A stretch of DNA of 64,000 nucleotides. It comes from Gammaproteobacteria bacterium (GTDB lineage Bacteria; Pseudomonadota; Gammaproteobacteria; Eutrophobiales; Eutrophobiaceae). Position numbers and translations under genes: made by a program. Below the pieces are notes generated by a model. The model worked only from the letters and a program-made list of their open reading frames with translations. It ran no database searches and was not told the DNA's origin. Numbering within the stretch: the first letter of the stretch is position 1; every line of letters starts with the position of its first letter. The stretch covers positions 2,912-66,911 of the forward strand of contig JACPSH010000047.1 of NCBI GenBank assembly GCA_016193395.1, in the 5' to 3' direction. Shown here piece after piece: positions 1 through 10,092 of this stretch.

Positions 1-1463
1 CGACCGGCGGAACCGCCGCCACGCTGCGCAACGCGGGGCTGGCGGTCCTCGAGGTATCGGATTACACCGGGTTCCCGGAGATTATGGACGGGCGCGTCAA
101 GACCCTGCACCCGAGGATCCACGGCGCGTTGCTCGCGCGGCTCGACCTGGACGGGGAGATCATGCGCGCGCACGGCATAGAACCCATCGATCTGCTCGTA
201 GTGAACCTCTATCCATTCGAGGCGACGGTCAGCCGCGAGAATTGCAGCCTGTCCGAGGCCATCGAAAACATCGACATCGGCGGGCCGGCGATGCTGCGGG
301 CCGCCGCCAAGAACAGTGGCCGCGTCGGCGTCCTGGTGGATCCCGCCGATTACGCGCCAGTGCTGTCCGAGCTTGGCGAAGGCGGCACGCTCGGCGACGC
401 CACGCGCATGCGGCTTGCGCAGAAGGCCTTCGCCCACACCGCGCGTTACGACTCGGCGGTCTCGAATTACCTCAATGCCATCGACCCCGGTAACGGCCAG
501 CTCGACTACCCGCTGGTCTTTTCCATGCAGTTCCGTAAATTGCAGGATCTCCGCTACGGCGAGAACCCTCACCAGACAGCGGCGTTCTACGCTCAACCCG
601 ATGCGCCGGATGGGACGCTGGCGGCCGCGAGGCAGCTGCAGGGCAAGGAGCTGTCTTACAACAACATTGCGGACGCCGACGCCGCGCTCGAATGCGCGCT
701 CGGTTTCGTCGAAGCGGCGTGTGTCATCGTCAAGCACGCGAATCCCTGTGGCGCCGCCGAGGGCGCGACGATTACGGAGGCTTACGAACGGGCTTATGCG
801 ACCGATCCCACCTCGGCCTACGGCGGCATCATTGCCTTCAACCGCAGTCTGGATGCGCGCACGGCGCAGGCGATTGTCGAGCGGCAGTTCGTGGAGGTCA
901 TCGTTGCCCCGGAGATCGAACCGGCGGCGCTCCCGGTGACCAGAGGCAAGCCGGGCATACGCGTCCTGCGCTGCGGCGCCAGGCCGGGCCCGCTGCGCCA
1001 GATCGATCTCAAGCGCGTGAGCGGCGGCCTGCTGGTGCAGGACGCGGATTCGGCGACCGTGGAGGACGCCGCGCCGAAGGTGGTCACGCGGCGCGCCCCG
1101 GCGCCGGCCGAATTATCGGATCTGCTGTTCGCGTGGCGCGTGGTGAAGTACGTCAAATCGAACGCCATTGTCTATGCGCGCGATCGCCGCACTATCGGCA
1201 TCGGCGCCGGCCAGATGAGCCGCGTGTACAGCGCGCGCATCGCCGGCATCAAGGCATCCGACGAGGGGCTCGAGATATCCGGCTCGGTGATGGCCTCGGA
1301 TGCGTTCTTTCCGTTCCGCGATGCGATCGACGCCGCCGCGGCCGCCGGGATCACGGCGGTGATCCAGCCGGGCGGCTCGGTGCGCGATGAGGAAGTGATC
1401 GGCGCGGCGAACCAGAACGGCATGGCCATGGTTTTCACGGGTATACGGCATTTTCGCCATTGA
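1..1463 (+). CDS. purH: Bifunctional AICAR transformylase/IMP cyclohydrolase (5' end lies before the window)
   Basis: Motifs [42 protein letters not shown] and terminal FTGIRHFRH; the frame is open to the window edge. Confidence 0.97.
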   Translation, partial: TGGTAATLRNAGLAVLEVSDYTGFPEIMDGRVKTLHPRIHGALLARLDLDGEIMRAHGIEPIDLLVVNLYPFEATVSRENCSLSEAIENIDIGGPAMLRAAAKNSGRVGVLVDPADYAPVLSELGEGGTLGDATRMRLAQKAFAHTARYDSAVSNYLNAIDPGNGQLDYPLVFSMQFRKLQDLRYGENPHQTAAFYAQPDAPDGTLAAARQLQGKELSYNNIADADAALECALGFVEAACVIVKHANPCGAAEGATITEAYERAYATDPTSAYGGIIAFNRSLDARTAQAIVERQFVEVIVAPEIEPAALPVTRGKPGIRVLRCGARPGPLRQIDLKRVSGGLLVQDADSATVEDAAPKVVTRRAPAPAELSDLLFAWRVVKYVKSNAIVYARDRRTIGIGAGQMSRVYSARIAGIKASDEGLEISGSVMASDAFFPFRDAIDAAAAAGITAVIQPGGSVRDEEVIGAANQNGMAMVFTGIRHFRH

Positions 1464-1480
1464 ACGCCGGGAACAGGCGC

Positions 1481-2764
1481 ATGGACATCCTGGTCGTCGG
1501 GGGTGGGGGACGCGAGCACGCCCTGGCCTGGAAAGCCGCGCAATCGAAACGGGCCGGTCGCGTCTATGTCGCGCCGGGCAATGCCGGCACGGCGCGGGAG
1601 CACGGCGTGGAGAACGTGGCCATTTCTGCGGAGGACATCGCCGGCCTGAGGGATTTTGCACTGGCCCGGGCCATCGGTCTGACGATCATCGGGCCGGAGG
1701 CGCCGCTGGTCGCCGGCATTGTCGATGATTTCAATTCCGCCGGTCTGCGCTGCTTCGGCCCGAGCCGTGGAGCCGCGACGCTGGAGGGCTCGAAGAGTTT
1801 CACCAAGGCGTTCCTGTCCCGGCACGGGATCCCGACCGCAGACTTCGCAAGCTTCACGGACGCCGAATCAGCGAAGCGCTATATCCTGGAACAGGGCGCG
1901 CCGATCGTGGTCAAGGCCGATGGTCTGGCCGCCGGAAAAGGCGTGGTGGTTGCCTCGAACGTCGATGAGGCGCAGCAGGCGGCCGATGCGATGCTTATCG
2001 GAAACCGCTTCGGCAACGCCGGAAAGCGCGTTGTCATCGAGAAATTTCTGGAAGGCGAAGAGGCAAGCTTCATCGTCATGTGCGACGGCGGCGCCGTCCT
2101 GCCGCTGGCGAGCAGCCAGGATCACAAGCGGCGCGACGACGGCGATCGGGGACCCAACACAGGCGGCATGGGCGCCTATTCGCCGGCGCCCGTGGTCACG
2201 CCCCGGGTACATCAGCGGATCCTGTCGGAAATCATCCAGCGGACCGTCGACGGCATGCGCGCGGAGGGCCTGCCCTATACGGGCTTTCTCTACGCGGGGC
2301 TGATGATTGCGCCGGACGGCGCGCCGCGTGTAATCGAGTACAACTGCCGCTTGGGCGATCCGGAGGCGCAACCGATCCTGATGCGGATCAAGTCGGACCT
2401 GGTCGAGCTGTGTTTACATGCGCTGGAGGGCAGCCTGGCGGATTGCGCGGCGATCTGGGACGAACGGGCGGCCCTGACGGTGGTGCTCTCCGCGGCCGGG
2501 TACCCCGACGGCGTGCGCAAGGGCGACGCCATCTCGGGCCTGGATGTCCCTCTCGACGACGATGTGAAGATATTTCATTCCGGCACACAGGGCCGCGACG
2601 GCGCGGTCGTCACTGCCGGTGGACGCGTGCTCTCGATTACGGCGCTCGGCGTGAGCGTGGCCGCCGCGCAGAAACGGGCCTACGCGGTGGCGGGCGGCAT
2701 AAGCTGGCCCGGTATGTTCTACCGCAGAGACATCGGTTTTCGCGCCGTCGCGCGCCGCTTTTGA
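1481..2764 (+). CDS. purD: Phosphoribosylamine-glycine ligase
   Basis: [38 protein letters not shown]; directly after purH. Confidence 0.97.
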   Translation: MDILVVGGGGREHALAWKAAQSKRAGRVYVAPGNAGTAREHGVENVAISAEDIAGLRDFALARAIGLTIIGPEAPLVAGIVDDFNSAGLRCFGPSRGAATLEGSKSFTKAFLSRHGIPTADFASFTDAESAKRYILEQGAPIVVKADGLAAGKGVVVASNVDEAQQAADAMLIGNRFGNAGKRVVIEKFLEGEEASFIVMCDGGAVLPLASSQDHKRRDDGDRGPNTGGMGAYSPAPVVTPRVHQRILSEIIQRTVDGMRAEGLPYTGFLYAGLMIAPDGAPRVIEYNCRLGDPEAQPILMRIKSDLVELCLHALEGSLADCAAIWDERAALTVVLSAAGYPDGVRKGDAISGLDVPLDDDVKIFHSGTQGRDGAVVTAGGRVLSITALGVSVAAAQKRAYAVAGGISWPGMFYRRDIGFRAVARRF

Positions 2765-2784
2765 CGAGAACGCATTCGGCACGC

Positions 2785-4326
2785 ATGAAAGGCTCGATGT
2801 TCCAGAGGTCGCTTGCGACGCAACGCGAATTCGCGGACTTGCGCGAGCGTCTGCGCGGAGCGGTCCGTCTCGACCCGCTGCCGGTTCGGAGCACATCGCG
2901 CTCCTATTTCGATACCTTCGACTGGCGGCTCTATAACAAGGGACTGGCGCTGGAATTCGATGCCTCCGCCACGGCAAAGGCGCGCCTGAGAGAAATCGGC
3001 GCGGCCGCCGCCTTTGAAGAACAGGCGCTGAAGTCGGTCCCGAGGTTCGCTTCAGGTTTCCCGGCCGGCGCCCTTCGCGATCAGCTGGACGAGACGCTCG
3101 ATGAGCGGGCACTGCTGCCCCTGGGCAGCGTGAACCTGCGGGTCACGCCGTACCGGGCGAGCGATGCGCAGGGGAAGATCCTGTACTTCCTCGAGAAGGA
3201 ACAGATCCTGCAGAAGGGGGCCGGGCGGCGGGGCCGCACGCTGGCGACCCACGTCCGGGTCCGCACATTGCGTGGTTACGAAAAGGCCGGCCGGCAGGCG
3301 TTGTCGTTGCTCAAGAAGGGGAAGGCAGTTTCCAAATCGCCGGCCGATCCCTTCGGGCCGTGCATGTCCATGCTGGGGAGAGTGCCAGGAGAGTATTCGA
3401 CGCGGCTGCGCATCAGGCTCTCGCCCGAAATCGGCGCGCGCGCCGGAATCTCGGAAGTCCTGTTGTTCCTGCTCGATATCATGGAACGCAATGTGCCGGG
3501 AGTGGAGGAAGACCTGGATTCGGAGTTCCTGCATGACTTCCGTATCGCCGCCCGTCGCAGCCGTTCCCTGATCAGCCGGACGCTGGGCATATTCGCCGGC
3601 CAGGAGATGGCGCGCATCAAGCGCGATTTTTCCTGGCTGAGTCAGATGTCCTCCGGACAGCGCGATTTGGATGTCTTTCTGCACGATCTGCCGGGGTACC
3701 AGACGGAACCGGACATGGGCAGGCCGGAACACCTGGAGCCCTTACGGGCGCTGCTGGAAGAGGATCGGGCCGGGGAACACGCGCGGCTCACGGCCGCGTT
3801 ACGCTCGCGGCGTTTTCTTGGTTTTGTCGATGACTGGCGCGAATCGCTGGCGGGCGGCGCCGCGACGTCCGGCGCGGGGATGCCTCTGGCGATCGTGGCG
3901 AACGGATCCATCCGCCGGCAGTACCGAAAGCTGATGAAGAAAGCGCCCGAGGCCGGACAGTACAGCGAGGCATTACACGACCTGCGCAAGAACGGCAAGC
4001 AGTTGCGCTATCTGCTCGAAGCATTCCGATCGCTTTATCCGTCGGAGGACATAGAAGAAGTGATCGCGCAATTGCGAAGGCTGCAGAACGTGCTGGGCGA
4101 TATCGTCGACTTCCACGTGCAGCGCACGCGCCTGTTGGGCTGGCGCGACCGGCTCCTGGCGCGCCCCGGGACGCCGGCGGATACCATCGAGGCGGTCGAC
4201 CGGCTGGCACAGAAGTTCGACGCCATGGAGAAACAGGCGGCGGACGGGTTTCTCGCCTGCCACGCGCGCTTCGCGGCGGCCGAAAACACGGAACGGATCA
4301 TCCGCCTGTTCGGAGAAGCGGCGTGA
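2785..4326 (+). CDS. CHAD-domain (polyphosphate-binding) protein with N-terminal CYTH-like region
   Basis: YFDTFDWRL near the N-terminus; CHAD motifs LHDFRIAARRSRS, LHDLRKNGKQLRY and LQNVLGD. Start could be 2785 or 2797. Confidence 0.85.
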   Translation: MKGSMFQRSLATQREFADLRERLRGAVRLDPLPVRSTSRSYFDTFDWRLYNKGLALEFDASATAKARLREIGAAAAFEEQALKSVPRFASGFPAGALRDQLDETLDERALLPLGSVNLRVTPYRASDAQGKILYFLEKEQILQKGAGRRGRTLATHVRVRTLRGYEKAGRQALSLLKKGKAVSKSPADPFGPCMSMLGRVPGEYSTRLRIRLSPEIGARAGISEVLLFLLDIMERNVPGVEEDLDSEFLHDFRIAARRSRSLISRTLGIFAGQEMARIKRDFSWLSQMSSGQRDLDVFLHDLPGYQTEPDMGRPEHLEPLRALLEEDRAGEHARLTAALRSRRFLGFVDDWRESLAGGAATSGAGMPLAIVANGSIRRQYRKLMKKAPEAGQYSEALHDLRKNGKQLRYLLEAFRSLYPSEDIEEVIAQLRRLQNVLGDIVDFHVQRTRLLGWRDRLLARPGTPADTIEAVDRLAQKFDAMEKQAADGFLACHARFAAAENTERIIRLFGEAA

Positions 4327-5093
4327 AGGCGCGCGTGCTGGCCTGCTACAACTTCAAGGGCGGGGTCGGCAAGACCGCCGCCGCCGTCAATCTGGCGTTT
4401 GCGGCGGCCCGCGATCCGAAGCGCGTGCTGATCTGGGACCTTGACGCGCAGGCGGCGGCGACGTTCTATTTCCGCGTAGAGCCCGGGTTCAAGGGCGGCG
4501 CGAAAAAATTGATCGGCGGCAAACGCGATCTGGAAGATTTCATCAAGGCGACCAATTACGAAAACCTCGACCTCATGCCCTCGGATTTCTCGTATCGAAA
4601 CCTGGATCTCTACCTGCACAAGCGCGGCCGGACCATCGAGCGCCTCGCACAACTCATCGCGCCGTTACGGAGTCAGTACGACTACGTGATTCTCGACTGC
4701 CCACCGGGCATATCCCTGGTGTCGGAAAACATCTTCCTGGCCGCCGACGCGCTCATCGTACCCCTGATTCCCACGACCCTGTCGGCGCGTGTCTACGAAA
4801 AACTGAAGGCATTCTTCGCCAAGCGGCGGGACGAATTTCATCCGGCCCTGCTGCCGTTTTTCTCGATGACGGATCGGCGCCGCCGCTTGCACCGCGAGGT
4901 CGAGGAGGAGTTCAGCCACCGCCACCCGGAGCTGCTCCGCACGAGCGTCGCGAACGCGAGCAGCATCGAGCAGATGGGCCGGTACCGTGCGCCGGTCCAG
5001 GTTTATGCCGGTGCGAGCCCCGAAGCGAAGGCCTTTGACAGCCTCTGGCTCGAGATCCGCGAGCGGCTAGAGCAGGCCGAAAGCACCAGCTGA
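4323..5093 (+). CDS. ParA/MinD-family ATPase
   Basis: Deviant Walker A KGGVGKT, DLDAQ and YDYVILDCPPG; GTGA overlap with the CHAD gene stop. Confidence 0.9.
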   Translation: MKARVLACYNFKGGVGKTAAAVNLAFAAARDPKRVLIWDLDAQAAATFYFRVEPGFKGGAKKLIGGKRDLEDFIKATNYENLDLMPSDFSYRNLDLYLHKRGRTIERLAQLIAPLRSQYDYVILDCPPGISLVSENIFLAADALIVPLIPTTLSARVYEKLKAFFAKRRDEFHPALLPFFSMTDRRRRLHREVEEEFSHRHPELLRTSVANASSIEQMGRYRAPVQVYAGASPEAKAFDSLWLEIRERLEQAESTS

Positions 5094-5408
5094 TCCGGCC
5101 CCGGGATCAGACCGATCCCGGTTTCACGGAATGCAACTCCATGAAAATCAATGAGCCGGACACGGTTGTTTTACGCTTTGCGTGAACTTTGCGGTACGCC
5201 CCGGGCTGATCCGGGAGAACCGCGCGTGGAAGGTTGTCATGGACCGTGGATGTACCGCTCGGGCGCAGGCTGCGGCAGCGGGAAATCACAATGGAATTCC
5301 CGCCTCTGACGCTGCATAATCCCTGCGCCCTGTCGCTGCGGCGAACGCTGGGCTTCGGGACGCGCTCAACAAACCGGCTATTTGAATACCCAACATGAGG
5401 AACAGGAC

Positions 5409-5741
5409 ATGGCCAAGAAAAATACCGTGACCCCAGCCAAACAGACCAAATCACAGATCCTTGCATCGATTGCCGCCGACACCGGCCTGAGCAGGAGACA
5501 GGTGGCCGGCGTCCTGGATACGCTCGCGAGTCTCGCGCAGAGCCATTTGAGGACGCGCGGATCCGGCCAGTTCACGGTTCCTTCCCTGGGCATCAAGCTG
5601 CGCCGCGTCATCAAGCCGGCGCGCGCGGCCCGCATGGGCGTGAATCCCTTTACCGGGCAGCAGATGATGCTCAAGGCGAAGCCGGCGACGACATCGGTCC
5701 GGGCATCGGCGCTGAAGGCGCTCAAGGACGCTGTAGCCTAG
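5409..5741 (+). CDS. HU-family DNA-binding protein
   Basis: TKSQILASIAADTGLSRRQV, KPARAARMGVNPFTG and LKALKDAV; AGGA RBS upstream. Confidence 0.88.
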   Translation: MAKKNTVTPAKQTKSQILASIAADTGLSRRQVAGVLDTLASLAQSHLRTRGSGQFTVPSLGIKLRRVIKPARAARMGVNPFTGQQMMLKAKPATTSVRASALKALKDAVA

Positions 5742-5753
5742 TATTTCAATGTC

Positions 5754-5784
5754 CGGCAGGGCCCCGGAGACCGGGGCCCTGCCG
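5754..5784. terminator. 14-bp GC hairpin between convergent HU and hisH
   Basis: cggcagggccccgg-aga-ccggggccctgccg is a perfect inverted repeat; no clear U tract. Confidence 0.6.
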
Positions 5785-5834
5785 CGTACACCTCTTATCC
5801 CCAGCTTGACGCGGACGGTCCCGTCCGCGCCAGA

Positions 5835-6476
5835 CTACGGTCGCCAGGCCACGAAGTTTCGCAGCAGTTGCAGCCCCGCGCGCTGGCTTTTTTCCGGGTG
5901 GAACTGCACGGCAAATACATTTTCCCGCGCCAGCGCGGAAACGAACTCGATGCCGTGTCCGGTGACCGCCGCGACATCCTCGCCGCGCCGGGGCGTGACG
6001 AAGTAGCTGTGCACGAAATAGAAGCGCGCATCCGTGTCTATGTCCTTCCAAAGCGCGTGCGCCTGCCGCCGGGCGACCTGGTTCCAGCCCATGTGCGGGA
6101 CCTTGCAGCGCTTTCCCGCCGGGTCGCGCGAGTCCGCGGGAAAGCGGACGACGCCGCCGGGCACGAGACCGAGGCAGGCGGTGCCGCCGTCCTCCTCACT
6201 GGACTCCATCAACGACTGTAGTCCGAGGCAGATGCCGAGGTACGGTTTGCCGCGGATGCAGCCTTCAACCGCCTCAACGAGATCCAGGCGGCGCAGGTTG
6301 GCCATGCACTGCCCGATGGCGCCCTGTCCGGGGAATACCACCCGTTCCGCGGCCAGCAGTTCCTCGGCGCGGTTCGTCACGATCACGCGGTAACGGTCCG
6401 CGCAGACGAATTCAAGTGCCTTGGCGACCGAGCGCAGATTGCTCATGCCGTAATCGAGTACAGCGATGCTCTGCAT
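5835..6476 (-). CDS. hisH: Imidazole glycerol phosphate synthase glutamine amidotransferase subunit
   Basis: DYGMSNLRSV, GICLGLQ, VPHMGWN, YFVHSY, QFHPEKS. Confidence 0.96.
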   Translation of the reverse strand: MQSIAVLDYGMSNLRSVAKALEFVCADRYRVIVTNRAEELLAAERVVFPGQGAIGQCMANLRRLDLVEAVEGCIRGKPYLGICLGLQSLMESSEEDGGTACLGLVPGGVVRFPADSRDPAGKRCKVPHMGWNQVARRQAHALWKDIDTDARFYFVHSYFVTPRRGEDVAAVTGHGIEFVSALARENVFAVQFHPEKSQRAGLQLLRNFVAWRP

Positions 6477-6487
6477 AAAGGTCCCGC

Positions 6488-7084
6488 TCAGAGCGAGCCT
6501 TTCGTGGACGGGGTGATCCCCTGCATGCGTGGGTCGCGCTCGACCGCCATGCGCAGGGCGCGTCCGAACGCCTTGAAGATGGTCTCCGCGACGTGGTGGG
6601 CATTGCGCCCGCGCAGGTTGTCGATGTGCAGCGTGATCTGCGCGTGGTTGACCAGGCCCTGGAAGAACTCCCGGAGCAGGTCGACGTCGAAGTCGCCGAC
6701 GCGTGCGCGCGGGTACTCGACGTGGTATTCAAGACCGGGACGTCCAGAGCAGTCGACCACGACGCGCGACAGCGCTTCGTCCAGGGGGACATAGGCGTGG
6801 CCATAACGGCGGATGCCGGTCTTGTCGCCCAGGGCTTCGCGTAGCGCCTGTCCCAGGCAGATACCGACGTCCTCCACGGTGTGGTGCGCATCGATCTGGA
6901 GATCGCCCCTCGCCTTCAGCGTCAGATCGAACATGCCGTGGCGGGCCACCTGGTTGAGCATGTGCCCGAGAAACGGCAGCTCGATGTTCAGATCGGCGCG
7001 CCCCTGGCCATCCAGGTCGAGCGTGATCTGGATCTGCGTTTCGCGCGTTTCGCGGGTGATTGAGGCAGTGCGTGAATTGCTCAT
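6488..7084 (-). CDS. hisB: Imidazoleglycerol-phosphate dehydratase
   Basis: [44 protein letters not shown]; start MSNSRTA. Confidence 0.96.
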   Translation of the reverse strand: MSNSRTASITRETRETQIQITLDLDGQGRADLNIELPFLGHMLNQVARHGMFDLTLKARGDLQIDAHHTVEDVGICLGQALREALGDKTGIRRYGHAYVPLDEALSRVVVDCSGRPGLEYHVEYPRARVGDFDVDLLREFFQGLVNHAQITLHIDNLRGRNAHHVAETIFKAFGRALRMAVERDPRMQGITPSTKGSL

Positions 7085-7108
7085 TGCTCGGGCTGCGCGG
7101 GTAAGTGA

Positions 7109-8122
<1,014 letters not shown>

Positions 8123-8127
8123 ACGGT

Positions 8128-8422
8128 CCGGCCAGTTTCATGCGTCAGCGCTGACCGGGCGGGTGACATCGGGTCACCGCTCTTCGCGCGCAGCGACAGC
8201 GAGCACGAAGACGGTACCCGATGGCAGGACCCGCCCGCCGAAGGACGCGCAGCTGAAGCCGGCCGGATTCCTCTGACAGCGACAAACGGACGGGTGGCAC
8301 CGGGCACCCCTGCTCCGCGCGCAGCGGGAGGGCGTGTCCGGCGGCAGGTTCAAGCGAGCACGGACAGGGTTGCCCGGTGACAGGACCCGTCCGGTAAGGT
8401 GCGCAAGGATGTTTCCGGCCGG
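8128..8422 (+). repeat. Tandem dimer of MITE-like structured elements (cores 8156-8237 and 8287-8393)
   Basis: 8156-8270 matches 23562-23676 at 112/115 nt; the second core matches the reverse complement of 23692-23784 and 48930-49020; ends resemble ccggccggattcatg. Confidence 0.85.
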
Positions 8423-8451
8423 CCCGCCAATGGACAGGCCGCATGGTCCGG

Positions 8452-8889
8452 CTAGACGTCCAGGATGAAGGTCACCGGTCCGTCGTTGGTGAGCGCCACC
8501 TGCATGTCGGCACCGAAACGGCCGGCTGCCACGTCGTGGTGCCGGCGCCGGGCGCACTCGACCAGTGATTCGAACAGCGCTTTGCCGGTTTCAGGCGGCG
8601 CCGCCCGGCTGAAACTGGCGCGCATACCCTTCGTCGTATCGGCGGCGAGAGTGAACTGGGGAACGAGCAGCAGTGCGCCGCCAGTGTCCTGCAGGCTGCG
8701 GTTCATGCGCCCGGAATCGTCCGGAAAGACGCGGTAGCCGAGGAGCCGATCCAGCAGCCGATCCACGTTGGCCTGTGTATCTTCGCGCTCGATCCCGACG
8801 AGGACCAGCAGGCCCGGCCCAATCGCGGTGATCGGGCGGCCATCGATCTCCACGCGCGCCTGGGTGACCCGGTGCAACAGGCCGATCAT
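8452..8889 (-). CDS. dtd: D-aminoacyl-tRNA deacylase
   Basis: RVTQARVEI, VPQFTLAADT, GRFGADMQVALTNDGPVT. Confidence 0.95.
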   Translation of the reverse strand: MIGLLHRVTQARVEIDGRPITAIGPGLLVLVGIEREDTQANVDRLLDRLLGYRVFPDDSGRMNRSLQDTGGALLLVPQFTLAADTTKGMRASFSRAAPPETGKALFESLVECARRRHHDVAAGRFGADMQVALTNDGPVTFILDV

Positions 8890-8926
8890 GTCAGGACAAT
8901 GCCGGAAAAGCCCCGGCTCAGATCAG

Positions 8927-8960
8927 CAGGCTGATGCAAAACCGGGTTTGCGTCAGCCTG
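8927..8960. terminator. Hairpin downstream of the small membrane-protein gene
   Basis: caggctgatgcaaa-accggg-tttgcgtcagcctg; 14-bp stem with one G-T pair. Confidence 0.45.
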
Positions 8961-9032
8961 TCCGTGAAACACGCCGCAGGTGGAAACGCGGCCGTCTCTG
9001 AACAGGCCGCGACCGACCTGTTCGAGGCAGGG

Positions 9033-9185
9033 TCAGATAATCTTGAGGTAATCGAGGATGTTGACGCCAAACAATGCCACCGCCGCCACCAGGACAGCCC
9101 ATTCCATGTTGCGGCGGGCCAGAATGCCGGTGAAGTGCAGTACGAGAATGACGATTGAGGCCAGATAAACGATGTAGAAGATCAT
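9033..9185 (-). CDS. Small 50-aa hydrophobic membrane protein (below the ORF-track cutoff)
   Basis: Hand translation MIFYIVYLASIVILVLHFTGILARRNMEWAVLVAAVALFGVNILDYLKII*; GGGGA RBS; TATACT -10 at 9245-9240; host-like codon usage. Confidence 0.7.
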   Translation of the reverse strand: MIFYIVYLASIVILVLHFTGILARRNMEWAVLVAAVALFGVNILDYLKII

Positions 9186-9278
9186 GAATTTTCCCCAGGT
9201 TGGCTACCCTGATCGACCCCGTCGATTGTCCCCATAGGTAGTATAAAACAAAATTTACCGCCGGCAGACAGCCGGCAA

Positions 9279-9938
9279 TCAACGTGTGATGGTTTTCACG
9301 CCGGCGGTGGCGGCGACGAGCAGCAAATCCGCGCCACGGCGGGCGAACAGTCCGTTACACACCACGCCGGCGATGTGATCGATACACTCTTCGGTTTCCA
9401 CCGGGTTGGTCAGCGTGAGTCCATGCACGTCGATAACGATGTTGCCGTTGTCCGTGTTGAATCCCTGGCGCAGCACCGGGCGTCCTCCCAGTTTCGCCAG
9501 TTGCCGGCCGACGTGACTTTGCGCCATGGGGATCACCTCGACCGGCAACGGGAACTTCCCCAGCAGGACCACGAGCTTGGAGTCGTCGATGATACAAACG
9601 AAGCGCCTGCTGACGGCCGCCACGATCTTTTCGCGGGTCAGCGCGCCGCCGCCGCCCTTGATGAGGCGCAGGTGTGGATCGGCTTCGTCCGCCCCATCCA
9701 CGTATATCGGCAGTTCGTCCACGCTGTTGAGGTTGACCACGGGTATGCGGCGCTCGCGCAGCCGCGCCTCAGTCACCGAAGAACTGGCCACGGCGCCCCG
9801 GATCCGCTGGCGGATCCCCGCCAGGGCATCGATGAAGAAATTGACGGTGCTGCCCGTCCCGACGCCCACGGTCATGTCGTCCTCCACGTAAGCCAATGCC
9901 GCTTCTGCGGCGGCCTTCTTCTTTTCGTCAGGGCTCAT
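9279..9938 (-). CDS. rpiA: Ribose-5-phosphate isomerase A
   Basis: [39 protein letters not shown]. Confidence 0.97.
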   Translation of the reverse strand: MSPDEKKKAAAEAALAYVEDDMTVGVGTGSTVNFFIDALAGIRQRIRGAVASSSVTEARLRERRIPVVNLNSVDELPIYVDGADEADPHLRLIKGGGGALTREKIVAAVSRRFVCIIDDSKLVVLLGKFPLPVEVIPMAQSHVGRQLAKLGGRPVLRQGFNTDNGNIVIDVHGLTLTNPVETEECIDHIAGVVCNGLFARRGADLLLVAATAGVKTITR

Positions 9939-9978
9939 TGGAGCGTTTCGTGCATTGCTTTCAACGGGTGGGCGAATG

Positions 9979-10064
9979 GTATCTCGTATCTCGTATCTGG
10001 CAGGAGTCACAACAGGCGCGCTTGTTGCGAGATACGAAAAACGAGATACGAGGTACGAGATACG
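9979..10064. repeat. Inverted heptamer tandem arrays (GTATCTC)x3 ... (CGAGATA)x5
   Basis: Read directly in the rpiA-ilvA intergenic region; a small caacag/cttgttg hairpin lies between the arrays. Confidence 0.8.
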
Positions 10065-10092
10065 GTTCTTTTGTTGATGGTATCTTATCCTC

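Noticed and set aside
2080-2784. N-terminal extensions of track ORFs (e.g. 2080..4326, 12822..14516, 27842..30313, 42083..45544) suggesting fusions or overlapping genes
   Set aside because: The extensions are Arg/Pro/Ala-rich off-frame reads across real neighbouring genes, typical of high-GC DNA.
5094-5408. Long leader upstream of the HU gene as a riboswitch or sRNA
   Set aside because: No recognisable conserved motif; only short GC stems and a possible CATAAT -10.
9979-10064. GTATC/GATAC half-sites in the heptamer arrays as extra operators for the CI-like repressor
   Set aside because: They do not form GATAC-N5-GTATC; orientation and spacing are wrong.
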